Of a stretch of 64,000 bases of DNA, positions 50,789 to 62,430 are shown piece by piece. Origin of the DNA: Azolla caroliniana (Eukaryota > Plantae > Polypodiophyta); the NCBI GenBank assembly GCA_043228905.1, contig JBHGNT010000001.1, positions 8,432,001-8,496,000 on the forward strand, in the 5' to 3' direction. The position numbers and the translations under genes are program-made. The notes beneath the pieces were generated by a model. The model made no database searches. It saw only the letters and a list, made by a program, of their open reading frames with translations, and had not been told where the DNA came from. Each line of letters opens with the position of its first letter. The first letter of the stretch is position 1.

Positions 50789-52996
50789 TCTTTTTATGAT
50801 CTATATGCTTTTAAAGATGGTTGTATGGACATCAAATTATATCATTTTTGAAGATGTATCCTTCGAGTATTCTTAGTTGTGAGTTTTCTAATCTATGTGA
50901 CTGTCAAAGAGCATGTTATTGAGTGGATTATGTTCATTTAACGGAGATCAGAAAGAGCACAATATTTTAGGGATTGTACATATAAAAGCTTGTATGCAAA
51001 GATTGGCATATAGGCTGGTCTTATTTACCATCCCCCTGTACAAAATTGTAGGTTCTTAACTCTTTGAGTCTTCCTTGTGGGTTGGCTACTTCTGTATAAA
51101 AAATTATCTCTATATGTACAAATATAATGATAAGAAAAAGTCGTTCTTCTGAAATCCTCAGAAATTTCAATTGAGTTTTTCAGCAATTTATTTAGCAATT
51201 AGGTAAGACGATATGTGTTGAAAAAAGAATGAAAAATGTGCGACTTGCATTGGTAAAGTATTTGTGATGTTTGTTGCCAGAATGTGTGGCAAATTGATGG
51301 TGGATAATATCTATGCTATACCAAAAACATCCATTGATACAAAATTGTTTTGAATTTTGTCGTAAAAGTTTCAATGGCAAAGCTAACAGTTGTCATGTTT
51401 CTAGAGTCCCAAACACTACAAATGTTTGTATATGAACTTTCCTTCAGATTTTCCCATACATACAAATGTTCCAATGGAAGGAATTTGCGTGCACGTATTC
51501 TTATAGAAGGTGAATCATTCCGAGAACTAAATTGCACTTTACTTTGTATTGCTCATTTATAGAAATGCGAAGCTTACATGAAAAATGGTCTAGTAAAATG
51601 ACATTATAGTTATCCACATTTTTTTATCACTATTATGAATTATCATCATTATTCTCTATCACATCTTTATTCGATACTCTTATGTCTTTTTGGCAAAATT
51701 TCAAAAGATTATCCACAGAATATGTCTTTATGGCCAGTTTTCAAAAGGTTTTCCATGCTTTTGTCCAACATTTGTTTATGTTGAGAGTGACAATTTTTCA
51801 TAATAGCAAAAACTAAGAGCATTACCCTGCACGCAAGGGAACAAGGCACCACAATGATGTGTTGCCATGATGCAGGAAAATGTCGGGGAGATAAAAGTCA
51901 AATTTGATATATATGTATATATATAGAGAGAGGGAAAATGTCAGCGAAGGCTTACCCATGCCACTAAGGTTAGAAGAATCTCTCGATAGATACCATCTAT
52001 GAGGACATTGAGAGGGCGCCGACTCAGATAAGAACGATGACACAATCTCTTGTTGCAAATTTCTAGATCTAAACTCAAGCTATGTACCATAACAACCTTA
52101 ATTTCTTTAAAATTCCCACAATACCTCATTCTTCAAAACTCTCAACATTCTCTTTAGAAATTTTAGAAAAATGATAGAGAAGGCGCGTTTAAAAAAATAT
52201 TATGGGCATTTTGAGAATTCCATGCATAGTTAGGGGTAATTTGGTAAAATTTTCATTAAGTTTTAGTTTGACAGCCTGAAAAACAAATCCTTTAATAAAG
52301 GTCCAGGCTAGATTTCACGGATCCATAAAAAGCTGGGTCGTCATATACACACTTTGTCTTGAGAGTGCTTGACGCAAGTGACTAATATGGTTTCCATGAG
52401 ATTCTTTTTATCCTCAAGTAGGGGGCACATAGATGAAAGTGTCTTGATGGAAAGAAATGTATAAACATTTTTTATGGGATCCCCTTGGCAAGCTACACGA
52501 TCTTATGTAAAAATTAAGAAGAAAGAATGTGAGAGCTTGATATATGCCCCACAAAACAATTAGATTTTGGCTTGAGAACTCCAACAAGATGAGTCTCGCT
52601 TAAACACTTTAAAATCCTCCCAAAACCCCTCAATTTTCCCGTTTCTTTTTCCCCAAATGACCTCAGTCAATCCCCAAAAGAAAGCAATTATAAACTCAAT
52701 TCATCCACTTTTTCTTTCTTTTGGAGGTTAACAACGAGCATTTGGGAGAAATAATGAAAACCGTAGAGGCACACATAGGCCAAATAGAAAGGCATTTTAT
52801 TGCATTATAAGACCCTTCTATGGAACATCTCAGTTTAAGGACTCCGGTGCTCAGTCTTTAACTTTTTAAGTATAGCAAAGAAGCTGGAAACTATTTTCCC
52901 TACACTGAGCATTTCATTCCTACAGTCCTTGGGGAAACGGTCTTACTAGGGCTCGTTCTTACAGCCCAACAGATTAACTGCACTTCTTTTAAACTA

Positions 52997-54910
52997 TCAC
53001 CCCAAGGGACCCAAAGGTTTCACAGCTAGGAAGGCTGCATTAAGCACCTTTCGCGTGTAAAAATTCGGTGTACAACCACACTTCACCATGTGAAAGTACA
53101 AATCTGAAGCCTTATCCAAGCATTGGTTTCTGCAATAGCAACTTATCAAGTTGTTGTAAACAAAAAGACTTGGTGTGAATCCCTTTTCAATCATCTCATT
53201 AAATAGCCCCTTCGACTCATTTACTCGGTTTGCTTTGCTAAACCGGACTATCATGAGGGCATAAGATATAGCATCATGAGACCCACCTTGATCAGTCACA
53301 TCTTTGAACACCTTCCATGCCATTTCAAAATCTAGTTTATCACAGAGACCAGTGAGAACCACTATGACAGTGCGATTGTTTGGGGAATAACCCAAACTTT
53401 TAACTCGTTCCAAAACCTTACAGGCCTCATAAGGCTTACCTTTATTGCACAAGCCCTTTGCATAAATGTTATAGGTGATCATGTTAGGAGGACAACCACA
53501 TTCACTCATTCTCTCCATCAACGCATTGGCAGATGAAATGGAACCAAGGTTACATAGACCATCCAAAAGTGTGTTATAGCAGATCGTATCTGGTTGGCAA
53601 CCGCTCTTAGCCATGCCATTAAGAACTTCCATTGCATCATCAACCCTCCTAACCATGCAAAATCCCTTTATTAATGTGGTGTAAGTCACTACATCAGGAG
53701 AAACATTGAGATTCTTCATCGCTTTGATCACAATTTGAGCCTCTTGTAACATGTTTTCCCGGCATAGACTTGTTATGAGTGTATTATAGGTGCTAAGACA
53801 ACAAACAAATCCTCTCTCTTTCATCCGAGCCATGAAATCCTCGATCTTGCTTGTTTCTCCAGACTTACAAAGAGAGTATACAACTGCAGAATAGATGGGT
53901 GCATCTGCCAACCCTGCCTTTTCCATAGTCTGAACAAACATCAACATTCTGGCAGCATGGTCGGCATATTCTTTTCCTTTATAGTAAGCAGTTATGACCA
54001 TAGCAATTGTCAACGAGCTTGGTTCATGGCCTGAATAAACCATACTAGAAAAAGCCTTGCTTGCCTCGGAAAATAACCCTTGTTGGCAAAGTGTTTGAAT
54101 TAAAAGATTATAAAGTGGCAAATCTGGATTTGAACCCATGTCACTCATTTTCTTAAACACTTCAAAAGCTCGATTTGATTTTCCAGCTTTGCACAAAGAG
54201 CTCATCAATGAAGTACAAGCTTGTAAATCTGGCCCATTCAAACCATCATTTCCTACATCCATTCTGAGGAAATACTCATAAGCAAGATCAAGTTTTCCAG
54301 CTTTTCCTAGGCCAGATATCATGATCGTATGTGTGACGACATTGGGTCTTAATCCAATCTCCAAAATCTTACGATACAAAGATTGAGATTCTTCTATCTG
54401 ATCTGCCTTTGTTAATGCGTCCAAGACACAGTTATAATGTATCAAATCTGGTGTAAATCCGTATAAACTCATATGCTTAAGCACATCAAGAGCCTCTTTG
54501 ATCATTCCCGCATGGCCATATCCCATGATTAGAACAGTAAATTTCTTGCTTGTCATATGGAAATTTAACCCTAGCCCTAGCCCTAACTTTTCATATTGAT
54601 CCGAGATTTGAAGAAAGGCATCAAAATGCTTAGCGTGGCCCCAAATCACTGAGATAATCTGTATGGAGTCTGATGAGTGAACATAGTTTGGTTGTTTTCC
54701 AGCCCATAGAAACAACCTCAGAGCTAATTTTGGCTCAGAAATAGATTTTAACACGTCATTCACAAGGCCAGGAGTTATGGGAAGTCCTGATTTATGCAAA
54801 CATGATTCTAATGAAGAGTCCCAATTCCTCTTACAGATAATGTTGAGAAAAACCCGAGCTTCGTCAGAGATGGTTGAGAAGCTCTTCACGGAGAGAGGCG
54901 TCCAACGCAT
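52997..54910 (-). CDS. P-class PPR protein (637 aa, intronless), probably organelle-targeted
   Basis: Roughly 13-15 tandem 35-aa P motifs (PNVVTHTIMISGLGKAG, PDVVTYTTLIKGFC, PDTICYNTLLDGLC). Typical N-terminus (LALRLFLWAGKQPNYVHS). Confidence 0.95.
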   Translation of the reverse strand: MRWTPLSVKSFSTISDEARVFLNIICKRNWDSSLESCLHKSGLPITPGLVNDVLKSISEPKLALRLFLWAGKQPNYVHSSDSIQIISVIWGHAKHFDAFLQISDQYEKLGLGLGLNFHMTSKKFTVLIMGYGHAGMIKEALDVLKHMSLYGFTPDLIHYNCVLDALTKADQIEESQSLYRKILEIGLRPNVVTHTIMISGLGKAGKLDLAYEYFLRMDVGNDGLNGPDLQACTSLMSSLCKAGKSNRAFEVFKKMSDMGSNPDLPLYNLLIQTLCQQGLFSEASKAFSSMVYSGHEPSSLTIAMVITAYYKGKEYADHAARMLMFVQTMEKAGLADAPIYSAVVYSLCKSGETSKIEDFMARMKERGFVCCLSTYNTLITSLCRENMLQEAQIVIKAMKNLNVSPDVVTYTTLIKGFCMVRRVDDAMEVLNGMAKSGCQPDTICYNTLLDGLCNLGSISSANALMERMSECGCPPNMITYNIYAKGLCNKGKPYEACKVLERVKSLGYSPNNRTVIVVLTGLCDKLDFEMAWKVFKDVTDQGGSHDAISYALMIVRFSKANRVNESKGLFNEMIEKGFTPSLFVYNNLISCYCRNQCLDKASDLYFHMVKCGCTPNFYTRKVLNAAFLAVKPLGPLG

Positions 54911-57354
54911 CGATGGATATGGCAGGTTTCACACTGTGGCTCCCTCCTTTTTGTCCGCCCGGCCACTTTCAGACTGATGGCCCAGGGGGCCCTTTGTCCC
55001 ACAATGTGCCATATAACATTGTGATTAGAATTTAGAGAGGAACATGTGGGCTACAATTAAATCGCTTGATGTGAAGAAAGTGTTCACGAAGCCTGGGTTA
55101 AACACAAGGTGTGGAACGAACTTATGGAGAAGGAGGGACAAGAGTGAATGCTTTTTTTTGTTTTGTTTTACTAGTGAAGCTATACTTGAGATGGTTCGGA
55201 TTCAACTTGGGACAAGGGCGAATGATCTTTTTTTGTTGTTTTACCAATGAAGCTGTACTTGAGATGGTTGTGTCAACACGATGGAGTCTTGTAGGACTCA
55301 ATAATGTGCCTACTGATCCCACTCGTGATGGAACGGTTGAATAACGAGAAGGACACATTTAGATTACTAAATTTACGTGGTGATGAGGAGGACATTAGTT
55401 AGATACATTGATGTGGCATGTAGTTAGACACGAATAATGATGATTTGAACCCACAACCTCATCCTCAGACTAATAATACCAATACCTCACGAGAAGGATA
55501 AGACAATACAGAGAGGGATGGAGAGGATTGTGATAGCATTGTTCGTTTTTCTCGGGAAAATGCACCACTTTGGGACCACAAGCATATGTGTAGTCAATAT
55601 TAACCCCTAATACTCAAGGAAATTTCAATTAATTTTCGCTTTCAAGAATAGAACCTCTGAATGTGAGTTGCTAGAAAATTGGAAAAATATGATATGTTGC
55701 GCACATTTCCATGCTTTGAAGATTTGGCTAGTATAATAATACATTAACATAGATTTGGCAAAAACTTTTACTTCCAATGGAAAAATCCAGAAAATTTCTT
55801 AGAAGAACACATCCATAAAGTGAACAAATCGTGAAGTGATTGATGCATATATAAACAAAAAAAAACTCATCGTATGGAGTTGGTTTGGCCCCACAAGTAA
55901 ACCCAAATAATAGACCTATAGCTTGTGCCAACCATTTCTGCTATGGAAACTAATTTTCAAACTGATTCACATTAATGTTATGCACTATAATACAAGCCTC
56001 ATTGCGTGAAATTTGGATCTTGATAGTCAATATAAGCTAATAAAAAAGGTTCAAATGTATAAGTAGGGGGCATCTCGTGAGACCAAACTTTGTGATAAAC
56101 ATAGTATAATCCCTTTCTCTAGGCTTTATTAGTTGTGAAGGTAATCTCCTTTTCAATCATGCATGAACAAACAATAGGACCATGGCTTCACTGTTTGCAC
56201 ATTTCTTATCACCCATCTCATATCTATTGCAAACATTTCTTGACACCCATCTCCTATCTATTGTACACCCATTTGTCCCATATCTTAAAATATCCATGCT
56301 TGTGCACAAGCCACCCAATTTGGCATGTGAAATACCAACTTGTACCCTAGTAAATTGGTCATCTTGCTCAATGATAAAGCAAATGTATATATGCATATCA
56401 CATTTTTAATATTTTTAAGTATGTCTGGATATCGTAGTGCTTATGAAAAAATGTTAGGCAATCTATCCTATAACCATGATCTGCACAACATAGAATCATC
56501 AAAAAGATTTATGAAATATGTGAATATGGTGCTTAGATTCATAGATGTGACATGGCCTAACTAATTAATCAAACATTGAAGCTTAAATTGAACAAGAAGC
56601 CATACATCCTAGTCCTTTGCCTTTCTCACATTTAACAAAAAAGAGGCAAATTGGTGGGATAGAGTTCCTCGTTTGTCCTACAAGAATTAAAGTGAGAGGT
56701 ACATGACTATTGCCCAACATAAAACAACAGTGCCTTAGCTAATATTAATTCGAGAAGCTCCCAAAGGTAATCAAATCCTATTCTAATGTCTGCTCGCCGG
56801 ACACATTTGATTGTGGTATCATTTCTATCAACAAATACCAAGAAATCAATTGAAGATATATTTCTAGCAATATTTTTGTAATGTTCTTGGATGCCATTAA
56901 GTGTGGTGCATCATTGCTTTCTATTACATCATCACAAGCTTAGTAGAAAGAATGACTCCCTTGATTATGGAACACAAAAACTTAGTAGTATATACAATGA
57001 AGCAGAAAATTTTCACCATTGGAATGGGAAATTAATTTATGGTTTTGTACAAAACAATACCAAGTTCTATAATCCAAAAATAAAAGAAAAAAGAAAATCT
57101 TCCAGCAAGTAGGAAGACAACAATAACACAAATTTATGTCTATGTACAAGGATTCACCTCCAAGGAAATATATATATTTGGGATGAATCCTCGAAAATAA
57201 AGAAACAAAACGAAATGTGAATGTCATATGTATATATATATATTTGTCGCTGGGGTGAAACAAGCACAAATTTATGTTGTCTTGAATCTCTGACATGGGG
57301 AAACAAGCACAAATTTATATCGGCTTGATTCTCAGACATGGGGACACTTTTATT

Positions 57355-57927
57355 TTAGAGCCACCAAAGGTGGGTTTCATAGAAGTTGGTGATCTTAGCA
57401 GTGGAGTTGGAGGTGGCTGGTATGAAGTTGAAGGTGTTGCCCTTGGTATAGCCAACAACCCGACGGAAGTCTCCGGTGCCCCCCGTCACGGCTAGCTCGA
57501 AGGGCTTGTCGGTACCGAATTCGGCCTCGCCTTGTGTGGTGAAGGTGCCATTGAGTCCCCCTTCCTTCGGGTCCGCGTAATGTACGACGGTGTTGACAAC
57601 GTAGACCGTGGCCGCGAGAGTGTTGGAGGCCACGACCGAGGTGCCTCGGACATATCCTAGTACCTGGGAGCTAGGGTCCCCGGTCTCGGTCACAGTGTAG
57701 CCATAGACCAATTCGAGGCCGACTCCGGCCCTCGTGCCATTGACCGGGGGAACCGAAGCCGAAACCGTCCCAAACTCGTTCACCCCTTGTTGTTGTTGGG
57801 TGTAGTATTTGAGCACAACCTCTTTTCGGGCTGCCGAGGCTGCCGGAGACATGGCCATTAGAACTACCATGAACACCACCACCACCATTGATGTGATTGA
57901 GGTATGTGTAGTAGCCCTCATTTCCAT
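57355..57927 (-). CDS. Dirigent-like secreted protein (~190 aa, intronless)
   Basis: Likely ATG at 57927 or 57921. Hydrophobic signal peptide; SQVLGYVRG, LNGTFTTQG, ELAVTGGTGDFRRVVGY (dirigent C-terminal motifs); N-glycosylation sequons; GC-rich codon usage against AT-rich flanks. Confidence 0.82.
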   Translation of the reverse strand: MEMRATTHTSITSMVVVVFMVVLMAMSPAASAARKEVVLKYYTQQQQGVNEFGTVSASVPPVNGTRAGVGLELVYGYTVTETGDPSSQVLGYVRGTSVVASNTLAATVYVVNTVVHYADPKEGGLNGTFTTQGEAEFGTDKPFELAVTGGTGDFRRVVGYTKGNTFNFIPATSNSTAKITNFYETHLWWL

Positions 57928-58038
57928 CACACAATAAAGATGAAATCTAAAGTAAAGTACTAGGGAATCAGGTTTTTGGAGAGGGGAAAGGAATGAAATA
58001 TAAGACCAATGTAAGAAGCTTAGCATATTCTCCTAAGC

Positions 58039-58047
58039 TTTTTATAA
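58039..58047 (-). promoter_or_regulatory. TATA box of the dirigent-like gene
   Basis: TTATAAAAA on the minus strand ~115 nt upstream of the ATG. Confidence 0.5.
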
Positions 58048-60564
58048 GTGAATAATGGTGGGTTACAAGAGACAACTACATATTTGAATGGGCTTTGAAT
58101 GGAATTTGTCCACGTCTTTAGGTAGAGACCCATGGAAGTCCACACTATTATTATCATGGTATGAGGGCCTTTTTACTTTCCAAGGGGACAATTGCATTTT
58201 GAATTCGGCTCTGATAGGATGGATTGTGTTAGAGTTATCATGCTTTGAATTTCGATGTGATTCGATGTTGAATTTCTTGCAACACCATGATTATGAACTT
58301 GTTTTCAATGCCACGTATTAAAGGCCACCTTAGCTATATAACCTTCACAGGCTCATTTCCCCACACATACGTCACTTGGTGCTATGCTAAAGAGTAAAAA
58401 CATGGGATCTACAAACATAGAGCCCTCATGGGGAAAAAAAAACAACCTTAGTTATTACAATTAGAAGAGGTTGATTATCCTTAAATCATGATTAAGATAA
58501 CTTGATTATCTTTAATAAAGATCACATTGGGTTGCTAGATTTTAAGCCCCCTCGAGGTGTGAAACCAAATGTGATTGTTCACGTCTCTATCTAGCCTAGC
58601 CTCCACAATATTTCAAAGTATTGTCCTTCAAACTTGGTGGTGTGAGTGTCTTGGCAAGGTTGACATGCCCCTATTGGAGATTTAGTACCTGTTTGACCGA
58701 TTCCATTTTTTGTAACTACAGGGAAATGAATATGCTTAGAGTGGAATGGTCCACTTCAATTCAGCACGTGGACTGTTAGGTTATTTTCATAGTATGGGGT
58801 GTTACTTTTGTTAGGGAAATGATATTTTTTTTGTGATAAAATTGTAGTAAAACTTAGAACATGTGCACGCATAGCCAAAATATTGCGAGGGATTTCATGG
58901 GATCCAAAGTTGACCATTTGCACACGTACATCAACATGCGTAGGCACTTGTAACAAGCTTTGTTCTTTTCAATTCAACATTAAAGGGCACCTTAACTAAC
59001 CTTTACAAGCACATTCCTTACACATGCTTCATATTATACCAATGAATAAAATTTCGGATGTAAACATTTTCTCCTAAAGACCTCTTGAGTTCTAGTGGAA
59101 AAAAGCTTAATTATAATTTGTTTAGGTTAATTATCCTTAAACTAAACCAATTATTTTTAATAATAATAAAGCGCAGATTGGCCAAAAGGAAAGTAAGCAA
59201 CATAAAATATCTTGCCCCTGAACTACGAGTAACACTCGCTCTGTCATGGATAGACAATCTGATCCGATTTGCTGCAGCTGATCCTCTCGAAAGCACGGTA
59301 GTAGTGTCTAGGTCAACTTGGTTGATGAAGAGGTTATTGAGTTAATGGCTTTGTTTTCAAAAGAGCATAGTTGGTCATGGAAGTAAAGCTCAGAAAGCTT
59401 CCATGGCACATTTGAATCATGAGGAATTTCATGCCATCCAAAGTTAACCATTTTTATATGCACAAGTTACAACAACATGCTTAGGCACTTTGTAACAAGG
59501 CTACCTTGTTACTTGATTAAGCTAGATTGATTATCTTTATTCATGATTAAGCTAAGTCGATTAACCTTTATCATAGTTAAACTTGGTTGATTAAGAGGAA
59601 ACCGAGGTAATTGCAATGTTTTTGAAAAGGTTATTTTGAGCATGAGTTTAAGTTCAAATTCAAAGCCTCAGCCTTGAGGTGTGAAACCAAATGGGGACCT
59701 TTCATGCTTGTTTGGGTCTCCATCCAACTTCGCCTACATAAGATCTTGGCATACTACCCTTTACACTTGGAGGTTAAATGCTATGACAATCACCCAACTA
59801 CCCCCGATCAAAGGCATTGAGAAAGATCCGAAACACCATCAATGTTCCATACCATCAAATATTGCCTAAGATCATACCCTCGATGCAATCAATATAATGT
59901 TATTGTAGCAAGAACCTCCCCAACCATTGGTCTCTCATAGCATTCTAACAAAGATGTTTGTCTCCCTTCTCCATTTAGATTAGCTAATCTTCAGTTGCAT
60001 TTTAGGTTCTTCGGTCACTCCATGTTTGCCATATGCGATGACCCTATGATATACTATTAAAACCATTAGAAATTTACCTTCAATTAATATATTAAGGTTT
60101 TGTACCATTATTGTCTTCTTTTAACATTGCACTCTTGTAATGAAAAGGTAAGGAAGTGAATTTTGAAAGTTGTCTTTTTATTTTATTTTTAAAGAAAGAT
60201 GCACCTTAGTATATATATATTACTTGAAAACTATACATAGATTTCATCTCATTTCTTTTTGTAAGATACAAAAGCTATATAAGTATCTGATCAAACTGAT
60301 GATGTCATATATAAAACAAGTAGAACATATTGAAAGTTGTCTCTTTTTCATAAGTGGCATCCTTGATAGTTTCCAACCATTTAATCTTAGATTCTCGAAT
60401 GGATTTAGAATGTAGATTCTTAGTTTTGGAACCAAAATGTGTTTTGGCACATGAGATTTATAATATGATTGTCCATGAGAGAAACAATATCCTTGATTCA
60501 AACATTGTTGTTGGAACCTAAAAATTCTTTCAAACATGATTAACATGGAAAACTAGATGCACAT

Positions 60565-61675
60565 GAACACTATTTGGAAGAAATAGAATGGGACCCAAGG
60601 GATTTCAGGTGGAAACATGATGGCAGATTTCACCATTTCTTCGAGTACAACACTAAACTAGGTCGAGCCTTTCAACTGCAGCTACACGGCCCCCTACGCA
60701 ATGGTTGGCGTACATTGGGCATCTCGGATGAGGTGCTCATTACCTTTTGGAAGGGTCTCTGGCGTCTCCACTTGCCGGAAAAGATAAAGTTTTTTTGGTG
60801 GCAAATTGGGCATAATGTGGTTCCAGTTGGCGAATGGCTAGGTAAACGTGCGGCCCGTTAGGCTGCCCACTTTGCCATTCACCTATTGAGACTTTGAGGC
60901 ATTGTCTATGGGATTGCCCTCACGCTCAAAAGGTATGGGATAGGGTGACTCGCCTCCTTGCGGCATGTGAAGTGGAAGGAACAACAACGTGGAGTGCTGC
61001 GACATGGCTTGATCATTCTAGTGATAGGTGGACGGACGCCTTCAATGCGGATAGTTGGTGCTATGTATGCATGCAAGGAAAAATCTCCAAGATTCGATTT
61101 GAGAGAGGCTTGCAGTCTGCGTCCCCTAGGTTCCCGGACATTTGGATGCTGATCGCAGGCTTCACCCTGTGGTACGTATGGAAAGCGCGTTGCCTAAAGG
61201 TCTTCCAGGATCTGGTACGACCCCCGGAGGAAGTGATCATGGACATATGGTTTGCACTTATTAGCTGCCTACGAGGGCAATTGGACGAGGTTTGCAGCCA
61301 CTCCTCTGACGTGGATACTGCCCGTTTGCGTTTTTGGCAGAAATGGCGGAACACACCTATGGTGACACTAGGAGGAAGTGGCCCGAGGTGGAACTACCAA
61401 CCCCCACGTTGGCTATTTCCGGCTCACTTACCACCCTCCCTCTGTTGTCGGCCCCAAGAGTTGTCTCGCACTAGTCATCAGTACAGGGCATTGTTTTAGC
61501 TGTTGGTACTTACACTAAGTAGTCCGTTCGAAAGGCGTTGTAACTAGGCTCAATTTCTAGGACTTGAGCGGAGGGGGATTCCCCGTTCTATGCTTAAGCC
61601 TCCTTGTACAGTCTCTTTGTAATAATCTTACCTAACTAATGGGAAAGTAGCTTCATTTTGGAAAAAAGAAAGAAA
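60565..61675 (+). mobile_element. 5'-truncated L1-like LINE (zf-RVT region, 3' UTR, A-rich tail)
   Basis: FWKGLWRLHLPEKIKFFWW, then a frameshift at ~60850, then GCPLC..IETLRHCLWDC..AQKVW and LWYVWKARC..VF. A-rich end at ~61662-61677. Confidence 0.85.
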
Positions 61676-62430
61676 TAGATGAAGTAATGCATTGAAGGAT
61701 TGAAAACGGTCCACAATAATGTGAGGTTAATTTAGCATAATTGACATAGATAATATTTTAGAGTCAAGAGGCACCCACACAAAAAGAAAGTAGTCTTAAC
61801 ATTATCTCATACATTATGCAATGTTGTTTGTGTATCCTTTAAAACATTTTGTGTGTTCTCAGGTAACATAAATTGTGTCTCATGGTTGGAAACCATACAT
61901 TAACATAAAGCGACTATATCTTGTTGATGTGTGTTTAGATCTATTGTAAGAAAACCTTAAAATATAGTTGATCCCATTCCCATGAAGTCAACTTTTTCCA
62001 ACATAAGCTTGAACCATATCCCTAATCGTTTGATTAGCTCATTCATTTTATCCTTAATATTGAGTATGATTAGATGAACTCACACTCAGTTTAAAGAATG
62101 GATGAACAAACAAGTCCCTCCAAAAATCACAACACATTGAGAAGTTAGCAGAAGAGATGAACTAACAATGGTGCCCATGGTAAATGGAAAAAGGAAAGAG
62201 AAACATGGCATGTCATTTTTGGAAGTAATGCAAACTATAGATCTAAAGTGTGTGATGGAGGAGAGGGTTCTTGATAGTCATGTGGAGTCCAAGTTATACG
62301 AAGTCTCATGGGTTACAAAACGGAAGTGTCGTGATGCCATCATCGTCTTGATCGTCCTCATGAAAAGGAAGAGGCATTTGACCAAAGTAGTGTCATCATA
62401 ACTAAAAGGTTTGAAGCCCACAAAAGTTTA

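Noticed and set aside
55441-55490. tRNA/SINE-like B-box (GGTTCAAATC on the minus strand)
   Set aside because: No cloverleaf, tail or TSD. At most a decayed relic.
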